64,000 bases of DNA from Eledone cirrhosa (lineage: Eukaryota). The notes below the pieces were generated by a model. That model was not told where the DNA came from. It worked only from the letters and a program-made list of their open reading frames with translations, and did not search any database. How positions within the stretch are numbered: the first letter of the stretch is position 1; each line of letters starts with the position of its first letter. The DNA is taken from the NCBI GenBank assembly GCA_964016885.1, contig OZ024747.1, forward strand, positions 12,896,001-12,960,000, in the 5' to 3' direction. Position numbers and translations under genes: made by a program. This document shows, one piece after another, positions 43,406-56,667 of the stretch.

Positions 43406-44053
43406 TTAATCCTTTAATTACCATATTTCTAATGAAATACACCACTTATGTTTTTCAATTAATTTTGTTAATAAATCAACAATTTGAAGAAATAAATAAT
43501 TAGCATTTAAATTGTTCGTATTTGGCCAGAATTCTCTCACCTCTTTCTGTTCAAACCAGCCATAAGTAGCTGCTCATACTTATATTAAGGTATTGTTCTC
43601 AAAATAGATATCAAAATCTCATAGATTCAATATTATGTGAGATAATTATGCGAGATAGTGTTTATCGTGAAAATACAATAGTATATATAGAGTAATGTAA
43701 ATTCTAAAGAGTTAAGCTGGAATTTAGTTGATAGCTGAACAAAAATATTCTTCTCTAACATTATTTTTTATTTAAAGGGCGGTGAATTGGCAGTGTCGGT
43801 AGAGGGTTGGACGCCATGCTTTCTAGCATAGTTACGTCCCTTTACGATCTGAGTTCAAATCCCGCCGAGGTTAACTTTGCCTTTCATCCTTACGGGGTCG
43901 ATAAAATGAAGTACCAGTAATACACTGGGTAATTGCTGGCCTTGTGCCTAACGTAGAAACAATTATTTTTTATTTAAATAAAAATAGTTTAAAACAAGAT
44001 CTGTCATCCTAGAATTAGGGCAATTTTGGGCAAGTTAGTACCAAAAGGGTTAA
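43406..44053. mobile_element. Older piggyBac-type MITE (family P2) containing a nested P1 MITE (43500-43711) and a family A SINE (43777-43961)
   Basis: ttaa-tcctttaattaccatatttct ... gtaccaaaaggg-ttaa ends. The SINE is flanked by TSD attattttttatttaaa. P2-like copies also near 6180-6370, 14270-14490 and 14577-14852. Confidence 0.65.
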
Positions 44054-44842
44054 GACAACAGTGTGTGATGTGAAGGAAGATTTGGCTGCTAATAGTTGGA
44101 GAGGCCACATAGAAGCTCCTCACCTCTCAACTCAAACATACCAAGTTGATTTTAATATTGAGTGACTTTCATGAAATTTCTGATGTATTTCCTTTTCAAT
44201 AAATATTAATAATTTCACTTGAATGAATAATGACAAGATGTCAATTATTCCACCTTTCGTGTGACCATTATAAACCTTACAGCTCACTATTTAAATGCTC
44301 TCGATAAACAACTAACAATTCCAGAACCTGAATAAGAGAATAAATAGACAATGTTGAGAAAATATGTTTTGAAAATGTCATAATTACACATCAGAGTGAG
44401 TCCTTCTTTTCTCTTTCTAAAACTATGTACTTAAGATTCAAATATCAAGCAAGTTTGATGTCAAATTAGAACAACACTTTGAGAGAGGCGACTTTGAGAT
44501 GTATTAACCAGTTTACAACACGTTAAGCAAAGATTGACTGCAATGAAGTGAAAGATGAATGACAATAATTTCAGTCTTTTCATATGTCTCATTTACTCCT
44601 TAGACACAATATAACATCATTATGCATCTGAGAGAGAGAGAGTGTGTGATCATCATTTTATGTCCACTTTTTAATGCTTGTATGGGTTCTGTGTTTGTGT
44701 ATATATGTATACACACACATACATACATATATACATACATACAAACATACATATATATGTCTTGAAGCATTCTGTCTAACCCATGCCAGCATGGAAAAGT
44801 AGACATAAAAGTAGACACACACACAAATACATATACATATAT

Positions 44843-44897
<55 letters not shown>

Positions 44898-44900
<3 letters not shown>

Positions 44901-45030
44901 TTGCAAGATTTTTGACGTGGAAATGTGTGTTGTAACAGATATTGTCGTACTGTGGTAGGGTCATGCTGCCAGTAAAAACACATACACCAGTTGAGTTTCA
45001 CTTCGATTTATTATTATAATTTTCGTCGGC
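44898..45030 (-). mobile_element. Diverged relative of the PLE pseudo-LTR 3' end next to (GT)n
   Basis: gtggaaatgtgtgttgtaacagatattgtcgtactgtggtagggtcat resembles 54137-54185 atgaaatcgtgtgtcgaaacaaatattgttatacttggggagggtcat. Confidence 0.5.
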
Positions 45031-45279
45031 TAGTTTAATAACCAGATGGTTGTTTAGTTGTTAATTGTCAAAGCTCTTTTGTCACACATTCTGTGACCTT
45101 TTCAGTGTTTACTTTTTGTTACTTTGTGTTTCCTCTTTGTTCTGTTTTTCACCATCTTGTTTTTAAAGATGATACAATTATATGACTAAGGTAGATGCTC
45201 AGTGGCCTTGAGTTCTATAACCCATAGCCAGATTTTTATTGTTTTTATGAGTAGAACGATTTGTTTTACAATGTCTCAG

Positions 45280-46053
45280 ATTACCTGTGGGGAGTACATT
45301 CGATCCAAAAGATCATTTAATCTTTCCCACCATATAAGGGCGTCGTACTGATGCCATGACAAAAAGTACCCAGTCTACCCAGTAGGGTAGTAGTTCTGAT
45401 GCCACAAAAAAGCTCCTGTTCACCCAGTAAGGTAATTAATACTGGTGCCATGACGAAATGCACCTGCCTACTCTAAGGTACTCATGCTTGTGCTATGATA
45501 AAATGCTTCCAGTGCATGTTGTAAAGTAGTTGGCATTGGGAAGGGCTTCCATCAGTAGAAAACCAAGTCAAGTATGATCAAGATGTGGGCACTTGACTTG
45601 TCTAGATTCATAACATGACACCTCTGACCAATACAAGCATGGAAAATCGATGTTAAATGGTGATGGTGATCTGAAGTAAAGCAATAAAACTTTAGAAATA
45701 TAGGAAATATTTTTATTTATTGTCCTAATGAGCAATGGAGGTAACAAACATAGTAGCCAGTGAAGATATGGGAAGTGAACTATTACCTCTGTTGGCAAAG
45801 GACTTCTCTCTAGAATGAAAAGCAAATTGTATAATGCTTGTATATGAAGTGCACACATACAACTATATATTACCTTAAGTGCACACATACAACTATTAAT
45901 TACCTTACTGGGTGAACAGGAGCTTTTTTGTGGCATCAGAACTACTACCCTACTGGGTAGACTGGGTACTTTTTGTCATGGCATCAGTACGAAGCCCTTA
46001 TATGGTGGGAAAGATTAAATGATCTTTTGGATCGAATGTACTCCCCACAGGTA

Positions 46054-46055
<2 letters not shown>
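45280..46055. repeat. 162-bp near-perfect inverted duplication with ~450-bp spacer
   Basis: 45280-45441 is the reverse complement of 45894-46055 (one mismatch seen). A 30-bp direct duplication lies at the junction (45847-45906). Confidence 0.9.
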
Positions 46056-46140
<85 letters not shown>

Positions 46141-46144
<4 letters not shown>

Positions 46145-46290
46145 CTTTCCAGCATAGTTACGTCCCTTTACGATCTGAGTTCAAATCCCGCCGAGGTTGA
46201 CTTTGCCTTTCATCCTTCCGGGGTCGATAAAATAAAGTACCAGTAATGCACTGGGTAATTGCTGGCCTTGTGCCTAAAGTAGAAACAATT
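46141..46290 (+). mobile_element. Family A SINE, 5'-truncated after (CA)n
   Basis: catgctttccagcatagttacgtccctttacgatctgagttcaaatccc...gtagaaacaatt. Confidence 0.85.
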
Positions 46291-47118
46291 ATTTTTAATG
46301 CTTGAATATTTTCTTAAGATTTTCCTCTTGAGATTCTGTATGTACGTTTTCTGATGTCCATTTTATTGATGTCTCTAGTTTCTTATATCTATCTGGTTAT
46401 GATTTTGGCATAATCTATTCAATAAATTATATCCCTCTGTGTTCTTTGATTCCCAAACATTTTAACCTTGTGCTCCAATTTCTTTATAAATTTGATGGTA
46501 ACTCTTTTCTCTCTTTCCATTTTCACAGAGGTAACATGTCAAAATATTCTAGCTTTATTTAACTTACTTTGAGTTTAAATTAGATTGTCTAATCATTTTT
46601 ATTTCTTAACATCAATATTGAAGGTGCATGGCTAAGAAGTTAGGGAGTTTGATTCACAACCCTGAGGTTAGGCAATCCGTTGTGTCCTTGAGTAAGATGC
46701 TTATTTCTCTTTGCTCCTTCTGCCAGGAATTGTGACTAGTGGACAGTATCAGCAATTGGAAAGACCAATAGAAACATTGCCCTCTTGGTTCAAACTGACG
46801 AGATCCACCTCACCCGGTAAGCAAATGAGGTTTGGGATCTTGTTGATTTGGATCAATCAATCAACATCAATATTGAATAATATTTGTTAATGCAACAGAG
46901 CAAGAGTTAAGTTTCTGTTAAGCCGAATCTGGGACACAGTTTCAATTTCAAAGTGTAGTTATTTCATTTCATCTCATTTATGCTACTAATACTTTTGATA
47001 AAAGCACAACAGTCATGGAGTCTATTTCCCCCCTTTTTTAAAACTATGATCTCTGTGCTTAATCAAGACTCATACTCTTATTCAAATAACATTGCTTTTA
47101 TAACTCTATGAAGGTTTG

Positions 47119-47670
47119 GTGAAGGCATGTGGCTTTGTGGTTAACCCTTTAGCATTTACATTACTCTATATATACTATTGTATTTTCATAGTAAAGGCTT
47201 TATCTTCATAATTATCTCACATAATATCAAATCTATGAGATTTTGATATTATTTATTTTGAGAACAATACCTTAATGTCAGTATGAGTGACTGTTTAATG
47301 TCAGTATGAGTGGCCATTTTGAAGAGAAAGAGGTGAGAGAATTCTGGCAGGATACAGCTGGTTTAAATGCTAAAGGGTTAAGGCATTCAGTTCAAAATTG
47401 TAAGGTCAAGAGTTTGATTCCTGGTGGCATGTTGTGTCCTTGAGCAAGACACTTTATTTTACATTGCTCCAGTCCACTCAGCTGGCAAAAGTGAGTTGTA
47501 TCTGTAATTCAAAGGGCTGGCCTTGTCACATTCTGTGTCACAATGAATCTCCCTGAGAATTACATTAAGGGTCTGTGGTAAGTGTCTGCGGAATGTTCAG
47601 CCACTTGCATATTAATTGGCTGTACTGTTGATCGGATCAATGGGAACAGTTGTAACCGAAGGATTGCCAG
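47119..47670 (+). mobile_element. Family B SINE interrupted by a P1 MITE
   Basis: gtgaaggcatgtggctttgtgg-TTAA-[insert]-TTAA-ggcattcag...gagtttgattcctgg...gtgtccttgagcaagacacttt. Confidence 0.75.
47145..47377. mobile_element. piggyBac-type MITE (P1)
   Basis: TTAA|CCCTTTAGCATTTA ... TAAATGCTAAAGGG|TTAA, i.e. perfect 14-bp TIRs. Confidence 0.9.
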
Positions 47671-47736
47671 TAATGAAGGTTTGATATTGTAAGTGAATGA
47701 AAATGGAAAGTGTTTATCAAGAGCATTAATTATATA

Positions 47737-47923
47737 AGGCCGTGGATTGGCAGTATCGGTAGAGGGTCGGACGCCATGCTTTGACGCATAGAGTTACGGC
47801 CCCTGCCATTCTGAGTTCAAATCCCGCCGAGGTTAACTTTGCCTTTCATCCTTACGGGGTCGATAAAATAAAGTACCAGTAATACACTGGGTAATTGCTG
47901 GCCTTGTGCCTAACGTAGAAACA
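47737..47923 (+). mobile_element. Family A SINE, full length
   Basis: A and B boxes plus core; TSD attaattatat. Confidence 0.85.
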
Positions 47924-48160
47924 ATTAATTATATGAAGAGAAATATCATCAACTGGGGGATTGAAGCAACTTTCCAATAGCTTGCTTCAACATCAACATA
48001 AGTAATATTAGTTAATTATTCTGCCTACAGCATCTCTAAATTATTATTTAGATAATAATATTTTTTTTTCTTTAAAACATTTGAAACTAAAATACTATAT
48101 AAATTACTGTAAATCTTGGCTAAATTCTGAATCATTCAAACTTTTTTTTTTTAAATGCAG

Positions 48161-48279
48161 GCAATTGAAATGGCTATCTGGAGACTGGTCTCATGGAAAA
48201 ATGCGTACGAGGGATTTCACCAGACGAGCTTCTGGTTCAGACTTAATCCGGTCAGTTTTAGTGAAGTCAGTTGTGCCTG
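48161..48279 (+). CDS. Next coding exon of the same Slp-family gene (SHD2 'SGDW' motif and GSDLIR segment)
   Basis: T-rich tract then TGCAG| acceptor and CCTG|GTAAGT donor (GT 48280-48281). AT from the previous exon plus G gives ATG, continuing M-QLKWLSGDWSHGKMRTRDFTRRASGSDLIRSVLVKSVVP. This matches the (S/T)GxWF ... GS(D/E)(L/I)IR pattern that follows the Zn finger in Slp4/Slp5-type proteins. Intron 19419-48160 is 28742 bp. Confidence 0.85.
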
Positions 48280-48475
48280 GTAAGTTAAACATCTTAAGAT
48301 TCTAACATTCTCCTGGGATTTAAGGATTGTTTATAGCAAACAATTAGGAATTAAACATTATCTCAATCTCTTTCTTTTTTCTCCCTTATCCTTTTTCTTT
48401 CTATTTTCTTTTTTTCCCATACGGATGAACTTAATTTTGTGCATTTAATCTTCATAGATTATTCTGATAAAACAA

Positions 48476-48523
<48 letters not shown>

Positions 48524-48590
48524 CACACATATACACATACATATATACATACACACATATACACATACATACATACATACATACATACAT

Positions 48591-48996
48591 ATGTTTGGGA
48601 CCACACATTGAAAACGTGTTCTGTTGTGGAGATCAGCTGCCCACTTGATGTAAACGTTGTCAGAAAAATACAGGAGAAGGAAGACATCTACGGACCATTG
48701 ATGAGGAGTTTGCAAATCCAGTATCCAAGATACACCTTTAGCTTCATACCCATCATTATTGGAGCTACGGGTTATATACCAACCCGTTTGGACCAAAGTA
48801 TGACTGAACTTGGGTTTGCGGACAAAGAGCGCAGCTCCCTAATTCATGGTCTACAAATGGCTGTGATAGCTGGCACCTTCAAAATTTGCAAAACATTCTT
48901 GCGATTCAAGGGATGACAATTTCTTTTCTTTTACAACCTTGCCACCAGGAAGGTGGCCGGTCAAAAAAATATACTCGAAATTGAGAGAAAGAGATA
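48591..48996 (+). mobile_element. 3' end of an RLE-type (R4-group-like) non-LTR retrotransposon inserted in (CATA)n
   Basis: VWDHTLKTCSVVEISCPLDVNVVRKIQEKEDIYGPL...FIPIIIGATG...: restriction-like endonuclease E.SCP.D / K...Y..L / PIIIGA.G motifs. (CATA)n on both sides. Confidence 0.75.
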
Positions 48997-49025
48997 ACAT
49001 ACATACATCCATCCATCCATCCATC

Positions 49026-49240
49026 CATCAAATTTAATATAAAAATGGCTTCTACAGGAATAGAATTGTTTCATTTGAAAGAAATCATCAGTAAAGGGAT
49101 TTCTTGATGATTTCTTTTGAATGAAACAGTTCTAGTCTTATAGAAGTTATTTCTTTATTAAATTTGATGTTTACACTCTAATATAGTATTAAGTACCTTA
49201 CTTGCTGTGGTTACCCCCTATTGAACCAGGGACTTACACA
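49026..49240. mobile_element. Decayed fold-back PLE remnant, same family as 22862-23061, with HHR motifs in both arms
   Basis: catcaaatttaata...gaaatcatca pairs with tgatgatttc...GAAACAGTTCTAGTC...tattaaatttgatg. The tail agtaccttacttgctgtggttacc matches 23016-23039. Confidence 0.8.
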
Positions 49241-50142
49241 TATATGTTACCTATTCTCAATAGAATGCCCTTCAAATGAATGTCTTTACAATAATTCTCT
49301 GTTGGTATCTACAAAGATATTTAGATATATATTCAGATCCAGTAGAACTCGTATATCTACTGTATATCCTGTAACAATTGCAGGTCTGTTATATATGTAC
49401 ATCATCATCAACGTTTTACGTCCATTCTTCCACGCTATCATGGGTTAGGCGGGTTCTCCTGTTGTGGGCAGTGTCCAGTCGGCTGACCTTGTCTTGGTCA
49501 TACAGGAACTGATTCTGGCTTGATTTCTACAGCTGGATGCCCTTCCTAACACCAACCTCATTTACAGTGAGTGCTGGGTGCTTTTTTGCCGTGGCACCTC
49601 CACGACCACTTTGCAGTGGGAGGGTGTGGCGGCATATTGTCTATATGCTTCAGCTGGTACCCATTGGAGGTCGGGTACTTTGTATTACTGCGTGACGCCA
49701 GGGGTCCCGGTCGTGTGTCATCGCCTTTGAGAGGTGTAAAATATATATATATATATACTAGTTGTTCAATCTACTGAACTACCTTAGAATTAAATAGATG
49801 TGAAAGCTCTAGAGTGTTTTAAATACACATGCATGTTTCATGAAATTCCCATGTAGGAACAGCGTGGCACAATGACATGACATGGCTGGCCATTTGAAGT
49901 ACAGGTACACATATTTATCTATTTGAATTTCCCTTATTTGACTTGGTGGGGCTCACCTTCAACTTATGGTAAAAGGCCCAGTATAAAATATGATTGAATT
50001 GAACCTTGTAACTTTGTATTGCAAAGTAAACTACTGAATCACCTTGTCGTGTATATATATAATACAAACATAAACACACACATTCATATATACCTATGTC
50101 TGTGTGTGTATATATGTATATATATATATATATGTATATATG

Positions 50143-50173
<31 letters not shown>

Positions 50174-50425
50174 GTATATATGTATATATATGTATATATG
50201 TATATATGTATATATGTATATATATATATGTATATATGTATGTATATATTATATATGTATATATGTATGTATATATATATATGTATATATGTATATATAT
50301 ATATATATGTATATATTATATATGTATATATGTATGTATATATATATATGTATATATGTATATATATATATATATGTATATATTATATATGTATATATGT
50401 ATGTATATATATATATGTATATATG

Positions 50426-50458
<33 letters not shown>

Positions 50459-50637
50459 GTATATATATATATGTATGTATATATATGTATATATGTATGT
50501 ATATATATGTATATATATATGTATATATATGTATGTATATATATGTATATATATATGTATGTATATATATATATATGTATGTATATATATATATATGTAT
50601 GTATATATATATATGTATATACGTATGTGTATATATG

Positions 50638-50716
<79 letters not shown>

Positions 50717-50741
50717 GTATATATATGTATGTATATATATG

Positions 50742-50778
<37 letters not shown>

Positions 50779-50779
50779 G

Positions 50780-50816
<37 letters not shown>

Positions 50817-50831
50817 GTATATATATATATG

Positions 50832-50864
<33 letters not shown>

Positions 50865-51117
50865 GTATGTATATCATCATCATCATCATTTTACGTCCGC
50901 TTTTCCCTGCTTGCAAGGGTGGGACGGTATATATAAATATATATATATATGTATATATATATATGTATATATATATATGTATATATATATATGTGTATAT
51001 ATATATATGTATATATATGTGTATATATATATGTGTATATATGTATGTGTATATATGTGTATATATGTATATATATATATGTGTATATATGTATACATAC
51101 ATACATACATACATACA

Positions 51118-51153
<36 letters not shown>

Positions 51154-51192
51154 CAGATATATATATATGTGTATCATTGTGTATAGAAGATT

Positions 51193-51574
51193 ATATTAAT
51201 AAGAGAAATTCCAACTTTGTCTGATTTACTCGTTTTATTTACAATCCTTTAAAATTTATAATGGTATTATAATGAAATACTATGATAGAATATTAAATGT
51301 TAAGTGTTAATTGAACAAGTACTTTCATGCTTTCGCAATCTTTAGATTCATAATATGTGGTGACAGTCAAGTTTGCAATTTTTAACTGTTGAAAATTGCA
51401 AACTTGACTGTCACCACAAATTATGAACCTGAAGATTGTGAAAGCATGAAAGTACTTGTTCAATTAACACTTAACATTTAATATTCCATCATACTATTTC
51501 ATTATAATACCATTATAAATTTTAAAGGATTGTAAATAAAACGAGTAAATCAAAGTTGGAATTCCTCTTATTAA

Positions 51575-51577
<3 letters not shown>
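51193..51577. mobile_element. Fold-back PLE pseudo-LTR remnant, ~190-bp arms centred on 51387
   Basis: 51193-51386 is the reverse complement of 51388-51577, with scattered mismatches and a 4-bp indel. Confidence 0.9.
51424..51462 (+). ncRNA. Minimal hammerhead ribozyme (palindromic stem III AAGUACUU)
   Basis: tgaac CTGAAGA tTGT gaaa GCAt GAAA GTAC TT gttca. The minus-strand twin at 51312-51350 has CTAAAGA (G5A). Confidence 0.75.
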
Positions 51578-51611
<34 letters not shown>

Positions 51612-51636
51612 ATATATATATATATATATGTGTATA

Positions 51637-51670
<34 letters not shown>

Positions 51671-51698
51671 TATATATATGTATATATATATATATATA

Positions 51699-51749
<51 letters not shown>

Positions 51750-51752
51750 ATA

Positions 51753-51819
<67 letters not shown>

Positions 51820-51834
51820 ATATATATATATATA

Positions 51835-51879
<45 letters not shown>

Positions 51880-51904
51880 ATATATATGTATATATATATA
51901 TATA

Positions 51905-51947
<43 letters not shown>

Positions 51948-52180
51948 ATATATATGTATATATATATATATATATGTGTATATATATGTATATATATATA
52001 TATATATATATGTGTATATATATATATATATATGTGTATATATATATATATATATGTGTATATATATATATATATGTGTATATATATATATATATGTGTA
52101 TATATATATATATGTGTGTGTATATATATATATGTGTATATATATATATGTGTATATATATATATGTGTATATATATATA

Positions 52181-52245
<65 letters not shown>

Positions 52246-52300
52246 GTGTGTATATATATATATATATATGTGTATATATATGTATATATATATATATATA

Positions 52301-52345
<45 letters not shown>

Positions 52346-52348
52346 ATA

Positions 52349-52421
<73 letters not shown>

Positions 52422-52434
52422 ATATATATATATA

Positions 52435-52481
<47 letters not shown>

Positions 52482-52484
52482 ATA

Positions 52485-52518
<34 letters not shown>

Positions 52519-52522
52519 TATA

Positions 52523-52597
<75 letters not shown>

Positions 52598-52796
52598 ATA
52601 TATATGTATATATATATATATATATATGTGTATATATATATATATATATGTGTATATATATATATATATATGTGTATATATATATATATATGTGTATATA
52701 TATATATATATGTGTATATATATATATATGTGTGTGTATATATATATATGTGTGTATATATATATGTGTATATATATATATGTGTATATATATATA

Positions 52797-52905
<109 letters not shown>

Positions 52906-52912
52906 ATATATA

Positions 52913-53035
<123 letters not shown>

Positions 53036-53042
53036 ATATATA

Positions 53043-53090
<48 letters not shown>

Positions 53091-53103
53091 GTGTGTATAT
53101 ATA

Positions 53104-53150
<47 letters not shown>

Positions 53151-53159
53151 ATATATATA

Positions 53160-53208
<49 letters not shown>

Positions 53209-53217
53209 ATATATATA

Positions 53218-53266
<49 letters not shown>

Positions 53267-53275
53267 ATATATATA

Positions 53276-53322
<47 letters not shown>

Positions 53323-53339
53323 ATATATATATATATGTG

Positions 53340-53374
<35 letters not shown>

Positions 53375-53377
53375 GTG

Positions 53378-53412
<35 letters not shown>

Positions 53413-53922
53413 GTGTATATATATATATATATGTGTGTATATATATATGTGTATATATATGTATGGATATATATGTATGGATATATATATGTATGGATAT
53501 ATATGTGTATATATATGTATGGATATATATGTATGGATATATATATGTATGGATATATATATGTATGTATATATATGTGTATATATATATGTGTATATAT
53601 ATATGTGTATATATATATATGTATATATATATGTATATATATATATGTATATATATATATGTATATATATATATGTATATGTATATATATATATGTATAT
53701 ATATATATGTATGTATATATATATATGTATGTATATATATATATGTATGTATATATATATATGTGTATATATATATATGTGTATATATATATATGTGTAT
53801 ATATATATATATATATGTATGTATATATATATGTATAAATATATATATATATATGTATGTATGTATATATATATGTATAAATATATATATATATATGTAT
53901 GTATGTATATATATATGTATAA

Positions 53923-53954
<32 letters not shown>

Positions 53955-53964
53955 ATATGTATAA

Positions 53965-53996
<32 letters not shown>

Positions 53997-54006
53997 ATAT
54001 GTATAA

Positions 54007-54038
<32 letters not shown>

Positions 54039-54316
54039 ATATGTATAAATATATATATATATATATATGTATGTATATTTTTATGTATAAATATATATAT
54101 ATATGTATAAATATATAGTTGTGCGAGGTTTTTTATATGAAATCGTGTGTCGAAACAAATATTGTTATACTTGGGGAGGGTCATATTTGTGTAATATTGC
54201 CAGAATTAATAACAGAACACACTCACTGTTTGGTTGGTTTTCGCTTCTCGCTTCTGTGTCTTTTATATCGGTAATCTAACTTACTCGGTCCTCAATGTTG
54301 CCATTGACTGACCCAC

Positions 54317-54802
54317 TTAAAAATAAAGGTGGTAGAAAAGCCAGGAACCACCATAAAATCCCTGATCAGCAAAACCTACCCTTTTAAGAAAACCCACTGT
54401 ACCAATAGGAAATGTATCATATGTAAGGTGAACCCCCGGATAAACTATAACACTAGAAACGTAGTCTATAGCATAAGATGTACAGAGGGTACTTGCAGAA
54501 ACATGACAACAACATACATAGGTGAGACAGCTCGTAGCATAGGTGAAAGGATAGACCAACACTGGGGGGAACTAAAAGGACGAAAAAACGGGTCAGTACT
54601 ATACGAACATGCTAGACAACAACATGACGGTAACATAGACAACATAGAAATTAGGATAATATCTAAACATAGAAATGACCCAGCAGATAGGCAAATCAGA
54701 GAGGCCAGTGAAATAGAAATTAGAAGACCAAGGCTAAACAGAAAGAATGAATGGAATAACAACAACACCCAAACAAAAAACACTGACCTAAGAGAAGTAT
54801 AA
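54317..54802 (+). CDS. PLE GIY-YIG endonuclease domain (C-terminal fragment of the RT-EN ORF)
   Basis: LKIKVVEKPG...CTNRKCIIC linker, NVVYSIRC...YIGETARSIGERIDQH, H.....H, R.IREA..I.....LNRKNEW. Frame open from the inversion junction to the stop. The Cys-rich linker suggests a Neptune/Nematis-like clade. Confidence 0.9.
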   Translation, partial: LKIKVVEKPGTTIKSLISKTYPFKKTHCTNRKCIICKVNPRINYNTRNVVYSIRCTEGTCRNMTTTYIGETARSIGERIDQHWGELKGRKNGSVLYEHARQQHDGNIDNIEIRIISKHRNDPADRQIREASEIEIRRPRLNRKNEWNNNNTQTKNTDLREV

Positions 54803-55036
54803 ATAAGTAAATAAAATAAAATAAATAAATAAATAAATAAATACATGCACAATAACAACAAGCACATAAACACACACTAGTCACCCATCACACAGCAAAC
54901 AAAACACTATACACCACACGCAAACGCATGCGCAAAGAAGACAAAATAAAATAAACAAACAAGCAAATAAATAAATAAATATATAGACAGACTGAATAAA
55001 AATGGCGTAGACATACAATACAACAGGAGGAAAATA

Positions 55037-55100
55037 TAACACCACTGACGACGTTGCAGATGTGCAACGAAAGATTTATGATAAACTATATATATGTGTT
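55037..55100 (+). ncRNA. Hammerhead-like motif in the PLE 3' UTR
   Basis: CTGACGA c GTTGCA gatg TGCAAC GAAA g a TTTATGATAAA c TA. Core and stem II are clear; stem I register is uncertain. Confidence 0.55.
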
Positions 55101-55670
55101 TGTGTCTATATTGTATCTGTATTATTTTTGACCGTCGGTCAGTCAATGGCAACATTGAGGACCGAGTAAGTTAGATTACCGATATAAAAGACACAGAAGC
55201 GAGAAGCGAAAACCAACCAAACAGTGAGTGTGTTCTGTTATTAATTCTGGCAATATTACACAAATATGACCCTCCCCAAGTATATAAATATATATATGTA
55301 TGTATGTATATATATGTATAAATATATATATATATATGTATATATATAAGTATAAATATATATATGTATATATATATATGTATAAATATATATATGTATA
55401 AATATATATATGTATATATATATGTATAAATATATATATGTATAAATATATATATGTATAAATATATATATGTATATATATATATATGTATAAATATATA
55501 TATATATATATATATATGTATAAGTATATATATATATATATATGTATATATATGTATAAGTATGTATAAGTATATATATGTATATATATATATGTATAAG
55601 TATATATATATATATATATATGTATAAGTGTATATATATATGTATAAGTATATATATATATATATGTATA

Positions 55671-55702
<32 letters not shown>

Positions 55703-55790
55703 AGTATATATATATATCAGTTCCCGTCCCACCCCTGCAAGCAGGGAAAAAGCGGACGTAAAATGAAATGATGATGATGATATATGTATA

Positions 55791-55825
<35 letters not shown>

Positions 55826-56317
55826 ATATATGTATAAATATATATATATATGTATAAATATATATGTATAAATATATATATGTATATATATATGTATATA
55901 TATATGTATATATATATGTATAAATATATATATATATGTATATATATGTGTATAAATATATATGTATATATATGTGTATAAATATATATGTATATATATA
56001 TGTATAAATATATATGTATATATATGTATATATATATGTATAAATATATATATGTATAAATATATATGTATATATATATATGTATATATATATGTATAAA
56101 TATATATATGTATATATATATGTATAAATATATATATGTATATATATATATATGTATAAATATATATATATATATATGTATATATATATGTATAAATATA
56201 TATATGTATATATATATATATGTATAAATATATATATATATATATATATATAAATATATATATATATATGTATATATATATGTATAAATATATATATGTA
56301 TATATATATATGTATAA

Positions 56318-56351
<34 letters not shown>

Positions 56352-56530
56352 GTATAAATATATATATGTATATATATATGTATATATATATGTATAAATA
56401 TATATATGTATATATATATGTATAAATATATATATGTATAAGTATATATATGTATATATATATATGTATAAATATATGTATATATATATATATATATGTA
56501 TAAATATATGTATATATATATATATATTTG

Positions 56531-56587
<57 letters not shown>

Positions 56588-56591
56588 ATAA

Positions 56592-56625
<34 letters not shown>

Positions 56626-56633
56626 TTGTATAA

Positions 56634-56667
<34 letters not shown>

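Larger units (their letters stand above)
54117..55284 (+). mobile_element. 5'-truncated Penelope-like retroelement with inverted pseudo-LTR, inserted in (TA)n
   Basis: 148-bp inverted repeat 54166-54313 / 55137-55284 flanks a GIY-YIG ORF, with an HHR-like motif in the 3' UTR. The inverted partial pLTR is a PLE hallmark. Confidence 0.92.

Noticed and set aside
48250-48256. Alternative donor CCG|GTCAGT inside the second exon
   Set aside because: Weaker than CTG|GTAAGT at 48279, and the family pattern continues (IRSVL). It cannot be excluded as a minor site.
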